Source of the DNA: a virus
Lineage: Duplodnaviria; Caudoviricetes
IMG/VR virus record: IMGVR_UViG_3300006153_000386
Span: 1-64,000 of that record
Direction: 5' to 3' (one strand)
Length of the DNA stretch: 64,000 nt
Shown here: piece by piece, positions 18,321 to 28,585 of the stretch
How the letters are laid out: every line of letters starts with the position of its first letter
How positions within the stretch are numbered: the first letter of the stretch is position 1
Made by a program: the position numbers and the translations under genes
Notes under the pieces: model-generated
Told to the model about the DNA's origin: nothing
The model's database searches: none
The model's input: the letters and a program-made list of their open reading frames with translations, nothing else

Positions 18321-18741
18321 GAATTATTACCTCTATTTCAGTTCTTGGATTTTCTTTATCATACCCAGTTTTTAATGTGAGAGAATGTAAATGTTTTTCG
18401 TCATCGTCTACAATAAATCCTGATTCAGTAAATGAGTCTAAGAGAAACTTAGGAACCTGATTATCAACATCATGTCGTCTTTTAGTATCAAAAAATACAG
18501 TTATAATTATATCAAAACTGTCTAATTTCATATTTGCGTATCCTAATTCTTCTATAAACCAACAGCCAAACAATTTCCATTTCTGCTTTAAAGCGTTCAT
18601 TTGTATTCGTGGAAGTATACACCACTGATTTATGGAGGGATGTCTGGGTTTGTCAATTTGTTTTTTAGTAGCTCTTGGATGTTGAGAAAAATAGTATTGA
18701 TTATATTTTTCTATGATTTCATTATCTATTACAAACTTCAT
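18313..18741 (-). CDS. RusA-like Holliday junction resolvase
   Basis: RRHDVDN...KFLLDSF...IVDDD motif. Confidence 0.75.
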   Translation of the reverse strand: MKFVIDNEIIEKYNQYYFSQHPRATKKQIDKPRHPSINQWCILPRIQMNALKQKWKLFGCWFIEELGYANMKLDSFDIIITVFFDTKRRHDVDNQVPKFLLDSFTESGFIVDDDEKHLHSLTLKTGYDKENPRTEIEVIIHD

Positions 18742-18809
18742 AAATCTTACTTCCTTTACATAAAAACTCCACCATCTGTAATTAATAGACAGTGGAGTAG
18801 TAATTTTAT

Positions 18810-19745
18810 CTATTCGATTACGGTATCATAATATCCATCTTTTCTAAGAAGCTTGCGGATATAATCAAGTCCTTTCTTGGTAGCATATGTAACAGGTCTG
18901 TATTTACCATCAGCACAAATAGTCTCTACAACAGCGAATAATTTTGGTTCATAAATCTCTGATATGGAACATTTGAATTATCTTGATAAAACATAATTCC
19001 TTTCCCTCTAAGATAAGATAGCATGGTATTTCTTCCTATCTTTAACTCCTTAGCAACAATATTCATATGATATAACCCATCAGTATTCAATAGATCATTA
19101 TACATTTCTTCTAATTCCTGATTTTTCTTATACATTTCATTGAATATTTTTGTCTTTAAATCATCTGAAAAAGAAGAGAAGTAATAGTCTACAGTTTTTC
19201 TTTCATCTTCAATCCTGGATTCTCGGATTTACGTGACGAGGTGCCCATAAATGCCTGAAACAAGCCATTCCTCGTCATGTTTATGAAATATTCGATTGTG
19301 ACGAGGATTTATACTGAAATCCTTATAAATCAAGCTGTTGACAATTTTACCTCGTCACGTTTCCGAGAATCCAGGTTCAATGGCAGCACCAGTAAGACGA
19401 ATAGATTTAAGATATTTTTTTATTTCTCTCTTAATATCTTTTGCAATAGGTTTTATCGATCTCATACAACATTCATATAAACCGTCTTCAGTTAATGCCC
19501 ATGCTTCCTGCATTCCGCCAAGGGTGTTAAAACTTTTAACAGCCTTTTCTAAATCATCTACATGTTTAACCATGTTCTGAGTTTGATATGTGCCATTTGA
19601 TCTTTTAGAATAATCAATCCATTCAGCAACATCTTTTGCAATAAACCATGGAAATTCAATACTTCCATACATTTTAATTTTGTGACCAAGGATCTCGACT
19701 TCGTCTACGAGTTTCAATACTTCATTTTTTGCAATTTTCTTTCAT
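18810..19745 (-). pseudogene. BRO-N + KilAC antirepressor, disrupted by a MITE and frameshifts
   Basis: PWFIAKDVAEWI (BRO-N); VAKELKIGRNTM...PYQRF (KilAC); frame restored when the insertion is removed. Confidence 0.8.
19214..19375. mobile_element. 162-bp MITE with 6-bp target duplication TTCAAT
   Basis: TIRs CCTGGATTCTCGGA...GTGACGAGG / CCTCGTCAC...TCCGAGAATCCAGG; TTCAAT at 19208-19213 and 19376-19381. Confidence 0.85.
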
Positions 19746-20014
19746 ATTTAAATCTCCTTTTCTAAAAAATATTTTAAGTTTCAATATATACTTCTATATT
19801 CATCTCCTAAAATTTTTAAATAGAACAGAGTGGTGGTAGGAGATTTGACCACCACTTTTATCTGGGAGCGACCCATATAAATTAGTTATATATAATGTCA
19901 GTTCAATAACCTCTGACACTACGGTACAAGGAATACCTATATCAATTTATTGGTATTCATATAGATACTTCTCTAAATAAAAGAGCGACTTCGCTATGAA
20001 ATCGCTCTTTTATA

Positions 20015-20524
20015 TTAAAAACCATCTTTTAGTTTTTGCTTATATGCATCATTTATAATTTCCATAGATATTTCTACTTCACCATTTTCCATATTATTTT
20101 CCTCTAATATATTTTCGTATTTTTTATATATGTGAATACAATGAGTAAAGCTATCTTTATTACAAGGTTTTCCTTCTGCTACTTTTGTAGCAAAACTATT
20201 TATTTCCCATCTCATATCGTCAATTTCTTTATCAATAAACATCTGAGTAAGTTTTTTGATATCATTATAAATTTCTTCATCTCGTTTATCTGATTTGTCA
20301 ATATCTTTTTCATGACGATCATGTAACTTTATTAAATTCTCAGAAGTTTTTAATAATAATTCACGATTTTGTCTTTTTTCTCGCATCCATTTTGTTTCTA
20401 AACCAAGTTTATTAATAAACCATTCAAAAATAGATACAGTAGCTTTCATACCAATTAAAATAGTAATTATGGAAACAAACAAAGATGTATAATTAACATT
20501 TGTTAAATTTAATATTTCGTTCAT
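20015..20524 (-). CDS. Membrane-anchored lysis-module protein
   Basis: N-terminal TM segment; adjacent to amidase. Confidence 0.55.
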   Translation of the reverse strand: MNEILNLTNVNYTSLFVSIITILIGMKATVSIFEWFINKLGLETKWMREKRQNRELLLKTSENLIKLHDRHEKDIDKSDKRDEEIYNDIKKLTQMFIDKEIDDMRWEINSFATKVAEGKPCNKDSFTHCIHIYKKYENILEENNMENGEVEISMEIINDAYKQKLKDGF

Positions 20525-20543
20525 TCATACAAATCCATCCTTC

Positions 20544-21092
20544 CTAAATAGCATTCTGAATTCCTTTTGCTACAAGTTTTGCTATTTTATTTCTGTTTAT
20601 ATGACCTTTTGCCTTTTTATAATCGGATGAATTAGTACAAAAAAAAGTTTCCAGTAGAATAGCAGGGGGTTTTGTACCGTTTAATATATATAAGTCCGTA
20701 CGATGTGTAACACCCCTGTCTCTAAAAAGAGTAGCAAGCTGTTTTTGAATCTGTTCAGCATATTTTTTTTCAGTATTAGATTTGTATAACACTTCCGTAC
20801 CTTCAGCGGAAGGGGTTGCTGCATTCAAATGAAGTTCTATTACAAGATCAAAGTTACCATTATTAATTATATTTAATTTATAATCTTTTTCCTGCTTGTA
20901 TGATGTAAATTTTTTTTCAGGACAAATAATGCAAGTTACCTTGTGTCCTTCTTTTATTAAATTTTTAGCAAGTTGTTTTGAAAAAGCCTTACACCATACA
21001 TATTCATTACATCCTCCGTTCTTTTTTCCATCCGCACTTGTGTAAGAACCATTTTTTAATAAAGAGTGTCCAACTGTTAATGCAATTCTCAT
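20544..21092 (-). CDS. N-acetylmuramoyl-L-alanine amidase (Amidase_3), endolysin
   Basis: VGH...E, ELHLNA and LLETFFC zinc/catalytic motifs. Confidence 0.9.
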   Translation of the reverse strand: MRIALTVGHSLLKNGSYTSADGKKNGGCNEYVWCKAFSKQLAKNLIKEGHKVTCIICPEKKFTSYKQEKDYKLNIINNGNFDLVIELHLNAATPSAEGTEVLYKSNTEKKYAEQIQKQLATLFRDRGVTHRTDLYILNGTKPPAILLETFFCTNSSDYKKAKGHINRNKIAKLVAKGIQNAI

Positions 21093-21099
21093 TCGATCC

Positions 21100-21402
21100 C
21101 TACTTTCTAATTTTATTTATTAAATTTCTTACATCTTCTTCAAGAATTTCTCCATTTTTTAAACTGTCTGTGATAGATTGCGCAAGTTGACTTGCTGTAG
21201 ATAGATTTCTATTTTTCCAAGTATTCCATAGAGAAGTTACTATAATAAAAATACTAGATACAATTGCAGCTACTTCTTCATTTTCAATAGGAAGGGCGTT
21301 AATGCCAACCAATTGTAAAACAGAATTAATTAATGCAACAAGCAAAAGTAATACGCCTGTTACGGATTCTGCTGTAATTCCGTTTAAATTTATTTTTTTC
21401 AT
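21100..21402 (-). CDS. SPP1-family holin
   Basis: Two TM helices plus WNTWKN motif. Confidence 0.85.
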   Translation of the reverse strand: MKKINLNGITAESVTGVLLLLVALINSVLQLVGINALPIENEEVAAIVSSIFIIVTSLWNTWKNRNLSTASQLAQSITDSLKNGEILEEDVRNLINKIRK

Positions 21403-21427
21403 AATGCTTCCTTCTTGTACGTATCAA

Positions 21428-21610
21428 TTATTTAGTATAATTTTTACATATTTTTTTGGGGTGATCAGATTCTACATACTTATCTTTTTCTTGACAAAAT
21501 CTTTGACATATACAAATTTGAGATAATAGTCCTTCATTACCAAGTAATTTACAAAAAATCATTTCTTTACCTGTTCGTTCAGATATTTGTTTATATGCAT
21601 TTGTACACAT
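21428..21610 (-). CDS. Small Cys-rich phage protein
   Basis: ORF in late operon. Confidence 0.5.
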   Translation of the reverse strand: MCTNAYKQISERTGKEMIFCKLLGNEGLLSQICICQRFCQEKDKYVESDHPKKICKNYTK

Positions 21611-21618
21611 AATTTCAC

Positions 21619-21903
21619 CTAAAGTTTGTATTCAAAATCTGGTTTACCAATTTCGCTTTTATAAAGAATAGATACTTCAGTAACGGTATTGTCAAAATTT
21701 AACACGTTTTTAATTCTTATCCCATAACCGTTAAATTGCACATCTAAAGTTTTGTTGTTTTTATCATATGAAATCACTTTACAATTCTGCGATTTGTAAT
21801 TTTTATTTGATGAAATTTTGTTTTTTTTGCTTGTATTAGAATCATTAATTAATACACTTAAATCATCATTATCAATTTTCAAATTTTCTTCTTTGTTATT
21901 CAT
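21619..21903 (-). CDS. Hypothetical phage protein
   Basis: RBS GGAG. Confidence 0.55.
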   Translation of the reverse strand: MNNKEENLKIDNDDLSVLINDSNTSKKNKISSNKNYKSQNCKVISYDKNNKTLDVQFNGYGIRIKNVLNFDNTVTEVSILYKSEIGKPDFEYKL

Positions 21904-21958
21904 ATTCTCACTCCATAATGAACAGACAGCAAAAAGCTATCTGTTCATATTTATTTTA

Positions 21959-23002
21959 TTAGGCAACGATTACATCAATTTCATCAGAAATACCACCATA
22001 AGTAATTGTAATTTTTGCTGTTCCTGCTGATACTGCAGTTACAATACCATCTGTGTCAACAGTTGCAACGGAAGGTGTGTCGCTGACAAACGTACAATCA
22101 GTATTATCCAGCTCAATATTGCTATACATTGCACCTTTCACACCAATTACAGAAATAGTGACAATCTTTGTCTTATCTGTAGAATCTAATTCGATTACGC
22201 CAGGTGTTCCAGCTATTTCAGACACAATAATTTTGTATTCTTCATCACTTCGTTCTCTTACATAAGCATATACTGCATTTCCAGAATCACAGGTATCTCC
22301 TTCAACAGCAAGGGCCTTTCCTTCGATTGATGTTGATGTAACACCATCTGGAGTAAATTCAATATTAAAATTTCCACTAGGCTGGAAAGAAGGAACTTCA
22401 ATTTCAACTGTACCAACTTTTCCAAGTTTATTATTGTGCTTGTCTGCAGTAAGAATAAGCTTGTATACTTTAGGAGAAGTTTCTGCATCAATAACAATTG
22501 TTTGACTCATTTCTCTAAACTTATATGTAACATTTACTGTACCTGATTCAATACCATATGGTTTTAAATCAATAGTGTTTCCGTTTGGAACAACGTTAAT
22601 AGCGTTATCAGCAGAAATTTCTACATCAACATTTCCGATAGGAGTATTTGGCAATATACCAATACCATCATTAATAGTTACACATTTGTAAATATCATAT
22701 GCATCATCCAGTTTAACATTAATATCTTTACCAAGGTTTACAGCCAGGTAACGAAGATCCCAATTAGCTGCTTCAAGAGTAATGTTCATTTCTCGACCAT
22801 ATTTGTAAGAATAAACTAATTTATTACCTTTACCTGCGTTAATATTCTGCTCTTGCATTGTTACTTCGATAGAAGTATTTAAGTTTACAGTACCAGTACA
22901 AGCTAACATTTCATTGAAAAATAATGCAAAGTCAGCCGTAGAAACTAAGAAGTTTTTGGCTTTACTATTAGCTTTTTTAAGTATGTCTAAATTATTTGGC
23001 AT
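21959..23002 (-). CDS. Major tail protein with C-terminal Ig-like (Big_2) domain
   Basis: SDTPSVATVDTDGIVTAVSAGTAKITIT; gene position. Confidence 0.8.
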   Translation of the reverse strand: MPNNLDILKKANSKAKNFLVSTADFALFFNEMLACTGTVNLNTSIEVTMQEQNINAGKGNKLVYSYKYGREMNITLEAANWDLRYLAVNLGKDINVKLDDAYDIYKCVTINDGIGILPNTPIGNVDVEISADNAINVVPNGNTIDLKPYGIESGTVNVTYKFREMSQTIVIDAETSPKVYKLILTADKHNNKLGKVGTVEIEVPSFQPSGNFNIEFTPDGVTSTSIEGKALAVEGDTCDSGNAVYAYVRERSDEEYKIIVSEIAGTPGVIELDSTDKTKIVTISVIGVKGAMYSNIELDNTDCTFVSDTPSVATVDTDGIVTAVSAGTAKITITYGGISDEIDVIVA

Positions 23003-23057
23003 TTAATTTTCCTTTCTTATATAGAATTTATAAACAAAAAAGAGCAGTTAATCTGCT

Positions 23058-23849
23058 CTAATTGTTTGCATTGTTTATTTTATTTGTCATATTTTGTTCG
23101 TCTGATTTAAGATAACTAAATTTGTCATCATTATCATCAAAACCATTCATCCAGTATTCGATTGGTTCTTTAAAAGATATCATTCCGCTACATTCACCAG
23201 TTTTCATTATATTATAACTTTCATATAACTGATATCGTTTGATATATCTCCAAAATTTACGGATAGTCATATCCATTATCTGCTTCTCAGTTATATTCAT
23301 TGCGATAACTAATGAATCAATATAATCTTCCATATTTGCTGATTTCAAATTTTTATTATTATCTTTTTGGGCTTTTAATAGTCTTTGTTCTGTATCATAA
23401 TTTAAAAAATCATCAATATCAAAATCAATATCATTTTGAATAATAATAATTCGTCTTAAGTCATCAAATATTTGAGGAGTTATGATTTCGTTATTTATGA
23501 TATAGTATCCATTTTGTTCGTTGATTGTAATCTCTGCATCTGGACAGCATAATTTTAATAGATACATCGCAAGAATATAATATTGTGATAATCCTGTAAT
23601 ATTATATTGTTCTTCAAGTTCATCATTACCTAAGCAATAAATTAAAAAATCAAGATATGTCATTTTTACTATTTTTTTTTCACGGAATGTACTATTTTTT
23701 CTTATAATTATTGATTGTGATAATGGTTGAAAGTTTAATACATCTTTCATGGTTACAGGATATAAAGTAATATGCTCGTTGTATTTAAAAGGTTCATTAA
23801 AAATATTATATGGATAGAGAAAATCTTTATCAATTTTCACAGAAATCAT
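23058..23849 (-). CDS. Phage structural/tail assembly protein
   Basis: Position in morphogenesis operon. Confidence 0.55.
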   Translation of the reverse strand: MISVKIDKDFLYPYNIFNEPFKYNEHITLYPVTMKDVLNFQPLSQSIIIRKNSTFREKKIVKMTYLDFLIYCLGNDELEEQYNITGLSQYYILAMYLLKLCCPDAEITINEQNGYYIINNEIITPQIFDDLRRIIIIQNDIDFDIDDFLNYDTEQRLLKAQKDNNKNLKSANMEDYIDSLVIAMNITEKQIMDMTIRKFWRYIKRYQLYESYNIMKTGECSGMISFKEPIEYWMNGFDDNDDKFSYLKSDEQNMTNKINNANN

Positions 23850-24435
23850 CCTCGTTATAATTCATTATTTTATATTTTAAACATTTTCCATAGAATTTAT
23901 TATTAGGATAGTAGATTGTACAATATCCTCGATCTGCTGGTTGAACTTCTCCGATACCTTTAATTTTATTTGTTCCATTTAATATTCTATCTACAATATC
24001 ACATAATATATCAATTCTATTTGCGTATGTTCCCACATAGTATCCCATATCTTTTATTTGATTTACTGTTGGGGTTGTTTTATCAGTAATTCTAATTTGT
24101 CCTTTTGTACTAAAGATACATACATACAAGTTGAAATTTGTAAATAAATTTTTACTAACGTTATCTATATCTGTCTCTACAAACACAAACGTTTTTTCTT
24201 TTATGACTGTATCTTCAACGAAATTATAATCAAATACTTGTCCGCTTTCTACACATTTAACACCATCGTAAATCCATTCTCCACCTAATAGAATTTCAAT
24301 ATCATCCAAATATTCGCATTTAGAATCTGAAACAGGATTAATTACAGTAATAAAATCTCTATTTTTTAGAAGAAGATTTATAATTTTGTATTTATACATA
24401 GAAGCATCATATAAATTAGAAATATGAAACACCAC
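23830..24435 (-). CDS. Putative tail completion protein
   Basis: Position in morphogenesis operon. Confidence 0.5.
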   Translation of the reverse strand: MVFHISNLYDASMYKYKIINLLLKNRDFITVINPVSDSKCEYLDDIEILLGGEWIYDGVKCVESGQVFDYNFVEDTVIKEKTFVFVETDIDNVSKNLFTNFNLYVCIFSTKGQIRITDKTTPTVNQIKDMGYYVGTYANRIDILCDIVDRILNGTNKIKGIGEVQPADRGYCTIYYPNNKFYGKCLKYKIMNYNEDDFCEN

Positions 24436-24438
24436 CTT

Positions 24439-25464
24439 TTAAATAACATCAATTATAAAAATTTCAAGTTCTTCTATTAATTTATTATCAATATAAATTT
24501 GTAATAAAAAAGATTCACCAATAAGTGAATCGTCATTTACTAATAATTTAACTGAATTACCACTTTTATCTAAGTTAACATTAAAATTAGATACTATATT
24601 CCAGGAAAAATTTATGTTATTCCAGTCTATATTATTATTTTTCTTATCAGTAAAATTAACAGAATAAGTACGTGGAATACCTGCTTTTATTTGATTGCTC
24701 CCAGAAATATTAGCTATTAAATCTTTCTTTTCATTGTCAATATCTAAAGGAGGTGGAGTAGAGTTGTCCATTTCTATATAATGACATACACCTATTTCTA
24801 TTTCTTTTTGAGAAGGTTTATACTGCGATTCTGTAACAATAATAGAAATAAAACCTTTACCCATATATGTATAAAGAGTTGTGTCAACGCGTGTTATTCT
24901 GTATACAGTTGGATTATTTTTGTTTTCATCAATTAAAAAGTTAATATTTCTATCTAATTGAATGGTATCTTGATTTAATGGTAGAAAAATCATTAATTGG
25001 TCAGAACCTATATAGACTATCTCAGTTCCATTTTCTCCATTATTATATTTAGATGCTGTTGTTATAATTGCAGGAATTTCTTTTATACTTCCATATTTAT
25101 CTTGCCACTTCAAAAATCTATTACATTTTCCCAATTTCCCTTCATTGTGTATACCTGATACTTCATAAGATTCTATACACATCCAATATTCTTTTTTTTT
25201 ATTATCATATAAAAGTTGACCAAGTTCTATGAAATTATTATGCATTGTTAAATACTTTGCTGTTACTCCATATGAAGCACTGAATTTCTGATCATAGATT
25301 TTAATAGGTATTTCATTATTAGAATTATAAGATACTATATTTGGATTATATGATACATCATCACAAAAACCATATTTCAGAATATCTTGTGCATCTTTGA
25401 TCTGCTCATGATAAAGAGTGACTCCGCTTTGCTTAATACGTTCTTTCATTAATTGAAAACTCAT
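24439..25464 (-). CDS. Putative head-closure/structural protein
   Basis: Position; beta-rich C-terminus. Confidence 0.5.
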   Translation of the reverse strand: MSFQLMKERIKQSGVTLYHEQIKDAQDILKYGFCDDVSYNPNIVSYNSNNEIPIKIYDQKFSASYGVTAKYLTMHNNFIELGQLLYDNKKKEYWMCIESYEVSGIHNEGKLGKCNRFLKWQDKYGSIKEIPAIITTASKYNNGENGTEIVYIGSDQLMIFLPLNQDTIQLDRNINFLIDENKNNPTVYRITRVDTTLYTYMGKGFISIIVTESQYKPSQKEIEIGVCHYIEMDNSTPPPLDIDNEKKDLIANISGSNQIKAGIPRTYSVNFTDKKNNNIDWNNINFSWNIVSNFNVNLDKSGNSVKLLVNDDSLIGESFLLQIYIDNKLIEELEIFIIDVI

Positions 25465-25466
25465 CT

Positions 25467-25931
25467 TTAAACACGCTTTCTACTAGAAACTAAATGAAAA
25501 AGCTTAGAATTTTTATAGGAATTATTAATCGCTAATTGATCAATTTCTGATTTATACATGGATCGAAGTTCTATTAATTTAGATAATTGATTATGCAGAT
25601 TTAAAGATTTAAAATCTGATGAAGATAATCTGGCTTTTAAATTATTAGTGGTAAGAATTTGAGAATCTAACCATTTGATGATCATATATTCACTTAATAT
25701 TTCAAAGTTTACGTCGTTAAGTTTAAAATTAAATTGTTCTAATTCATCATCTCTATCAGATAAATTTTGATTATTGCATGATTGGAATGCGATACATGCT
25801 GATTTTATATAACTTTTAATAATCTGATAGGCCAAATCTTCTGGAAGCTGTGCTAAATCTAAATCTTTAATTTTTAAAAATACAGAATCTGCTAGTTCCC
25901 GAAAAGTAGTAATATTAGCCATATAAGTCAC
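25467..25931 (-). CDS. Putative head-tail adaptor
   Basis: Size and position after capsid genes. Confidence 0.55.
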   Translation of the reverse strand: MTYMANITTFRELADSVFLKIKDLDLAQLPEDLAYQIIKSYIKSACIAFQSCNNQNLSDRDDELEQFNFKLNDVNFEILSEYMIIKWLDSQILTTNNLKARLSSSDFKSLNLHNQLSKLIELRSMYKSEIDQLAINNSYKNSKLFHLVSSRKRV

Positions 25932-25943
25932 CTGTATGCTTTG

Positions 25944-26708
25944 CTAATTGCTTGCAATTTCAAATCGTAATTTGTCTTCAAGTAGTTTTATAATATGAGT
26001 ATTATTTAAAACACCATTATTGTACATTGTACGTACTTTAGAAATTACAACTTCACGCATTCCAGACTTCAGTGCACTTTCAATTGTCTTTTCAATAAGC
26101 TTATTATCACCTGTTGCGAATAATTTTTTTAACTGATTGACCTTTGCAACTTCTTCATATTTAGACATAAGTCTAAATTTATTTATTGCACGAATATCCT
26201 GTAAAATAATCCACGGTCTATTTAGAAATACTGGTTTTGAGTTATTCATAGAAGTTAACTCTTTTATTGTTAAATACTCAACATCACCTATTTTGTGCCA
26301 TTTATATGTTGCACCAGTTATAGGAGAGGTGTATACGATTCCACCAAATTGAATACTCATACAAGGAACTTCTTCATTCATACCTATGTCTTCAATTGAA
26401 TTATCTTTTTCATCTGACTCTTCAAAATCTTCCAAATCTGAAACAATATCATTTATTGCGCCAATTACATTTCCCTTTGTGTTTTCTATGGAATTTTTTG
26501 ATTCATTTCTAATAGTATCATTATTAATTTCATCTTTAGAAATATCACCTTTAATATCTGAACCATCAATTAATAATTGCATACTATTCTCTAAGTCATT
26601 TTTTTTAAGTTTTTCTATAATTTTTTCTTGTCCACTATTACCAACAATAATTCCTTTTTCTTTAGCAATTTTTTTTAATTCATCTAAAGATAGTTCTTTA
26701 TAATTCAT
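25944..26708 (-). CDS. Phage protein with N-terminal HeH/Rho-N-like domain
   Basis: LSLDELKKIAKEKGI...KIIEKL. Confidence 0.6.
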   Translation of the reverse strand: MNYKELSLDELKKIAKEKGIIVGNSGQEKIIEKLKKNDLENSMQLLIDGSDIKGDISKDEINNDTIRNESKNSIENTKGNVIGAINDIVSDLEDFEESDEKDNSIEDIGMNEEVPCMSIQFGGIVYTSPITGATYKWHKIGDVEYLTIKELTSMNNSKPVFLNRPWIILQDIRAINKFRLMSKYEEVAKVNQLKKLFATGDNKLIEKTIESALKSGMREVVISKVRTMYNNGVLNNTHIIKLLEDKLRFEIASN

Positions 26709-26905
26709 TCTTTATGCTCCTTTAACTTATATTTTATTGTATTCCATAGTATGATTACGTTATCTAAATCTACTGATTTTTTAAAAGCATAATAAGTTGA
26801 TTTACTGTTTGAGTTTTTACCTTTAAACACATATCTAAATCCATAAGATTTTAAAAAACACATCAATTTATAAGAATAACAATAAAAATATTTGCTATTT
26901 CCCAT
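26705..26905 (-). CDS. DUF5659-like small protein
   Basis: YFYCYSYKLMCFLKSYGF pattern. Confidence 0.5.
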   Translation of the reverse strand: MGNSKYFYCYSYKLMCFLKSYGFRYVFKGKNSNSKSTYYAFKKSVDLDNVIILWNTIKYKLKEHKE

Positions 26906-26970
26906 ATTTGACTTCCTTAATAAAAGAAGTGGTGATAATAAACCACCACTTCAAAATAGTTTTTCTATGC

Positions 26971-27990
26971 TTATGCAATTGTATATTTTCCGAACAAATC
27001 AGAAGTTACAAGTTCAACACCAACTTTGTGCTGGAATTGAATTCTAATTGTCTGGTCATGTTCCTCTTCTTCATGTGCTTCTTTAGAACGAACATCACCT
27101 TCATAGAAAATTTTAATAATCTGTTCATCAGGTAATACATAAAGAGTATCATCAGCACCAGCAAATTCATATGTAAATGGAATAAAAGAATCGGGAATAA
27201 TAATTGCATCACATCCAATACCAGTATTCTTTACAACTACGCCGCTGGTAGCTAATTCATCTTTTGCGGCACTAGAGATCCAATTGGCATTAGTCCCTTC
27301 TGCAATTTTACTAACTGCCCTCTGAGATCCTGCAACAACGGTGTTCTTTCTATTAGCAGTACGTACTCGTCTGATCATGTCAATTAAGGTATCTTTATTA
27401 TAAGTTCCCTGCTGAACAAATTGAGAAGGAAGATATGCACCCATTCCATTAAATATTGTAGCAATACGGTTATCCATATCAACCGCAAATCCCTCACGAA
27501 CTTCGTTCAACATTTCAACAATCGTAGTATACCCTTTAAGAAACCTATCTAATTCTTCATAACATGCTACATAAGACCATTCGGTATCAATTGCAATATC
27601 TTTAGCGCGCCCAATTTTCTGATATTCAACATCCCAAGTACCGCCAGAAAATTTTGCTGCAGCAAGATATGATTTATCTCTAACTGCAAATGCGTTTTTC
27701 TCTCCAATAGCACCATTTTTTACTTCGCACATCTTCTTATAAAATGGTGAAGTTTTCCATGCTTCTGGGAGTTCTGGTTTCAAAACATTTTCCCAAATAG
27801 TAAAAATGGCATTCTTGTTATTTCTCCAAGACTGCCAATCTAATTCACCACCTAAAATTTCACTATGAAATTTTCTAATTGCTTCATCTACATTTTTTGC
27901 AGTTTTTTCATTAGAAAACGTAGCAATCCTATTTGTAACAGCATCTCTTATAAGAGTGCTCATCTGTAACAATTCTTCTTTACTATACAT
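26971..27990 (-). CDS. Major capsid protein
   Basis: 339 aa, third gene of the protease-decoration-capsid block, followed by a terminator-like hairpin. Confidence 0.75.
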   Translation of the reverse strand: MYSKEELLQMSTLIRDAVTNRIATFSNEKTAKNVDEAIRKFHSEILGGELDWQSWRNNKNAIFTIWENVLKPELPEAWKTSPFYKKMCEVKNGAIGEKNAFAVRDKSYLAAAKFSGGTWDVEYQKIGRAKDIAIDTEWSYVACYEELDRFLKGYTTIVEMLNEVREGFAVDMDNRIATIFNGMGAYLPSQFVQQGTYNKDTLIDMIRRVRTANRKNTVVAGSQRAVSKIAEGTNANWISSAAKDELATSGVVVKNTGIGCDAIIIPDSFIPFTYEFAGADDTLYVLPDEQIIKIFYEGDVRSKEAHEEEEHDQTIRIQFQHKVGVELVTSDLFGKYTIA

Positions 27991-28013
27991 AATAATATTT
28001 TATCCCTTCTGAA

Positions 28014-28571
28014 TTAATCATTTTTAATCACTCGAATTTTTACTTTTAAGATTCTTGTATCAAATACATATCCCCTGTCAGAAATTTGTACTCCTTTGGA
28101 ACTTCCGAAATAAGGAAATCCAGTTTCTTCAATAGATTCAATAATACCTACGAAATTTGCATCAGTTGGAGCAGATACAACAGCAGACATTTTATATGTA
28201 CCATCAGCAACCACATACTGACCAGTTTTTACAGGCGTTGACTCGTCAATAGCTTTAATCATATTACTGGAAACCTTGAATTTTCTATCAGTCTTCAGTT
28301 CATAAGTTCTAAAAATCTTACCTGATTCATTCGTATAGTTATCTTCATTCTTTTCTTCAGCAAGTCTTTCATCATATCCATACACAGGATGAATTACGAT
28401 ATAAACCTTATCTGCTTTAGTTGGCTTAGAAGCAGTATATACATCTGAATAACCAGTAGCCAATCCACCGTTTGCAACAATAGAACCATTATCTATATCC
28501 TCAGTTGCTATGAAACTAACATTCATGCAACCATGTAACTTTGTTGATTCAGCAATACCATGTTTTGCCAT
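28014..28571 (-). CDS. Capsid decoration/cement protein
   Basis: EDIDNGSIV motif; position. Confidence 0.6.
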   Translation of the reverse strand: MAKHGIAESTKLHGCMNVSFIATEDIDNGSIVANGGLATGYSDVYTASKPTKADKVYIVIHPVYGYDERLAEEKNEDNYTNESGKIFRTYELKTDRKFKVSSNMIKAIDESTPVKTGQYVVADGTYKMSAVVSAPTDANFVGIIESIEETGFPYFGSSKGVQISDRGYVFDTRILKVKIRVIKND

Positions 28572-28585
28572 ATTTAAAATCCTCC

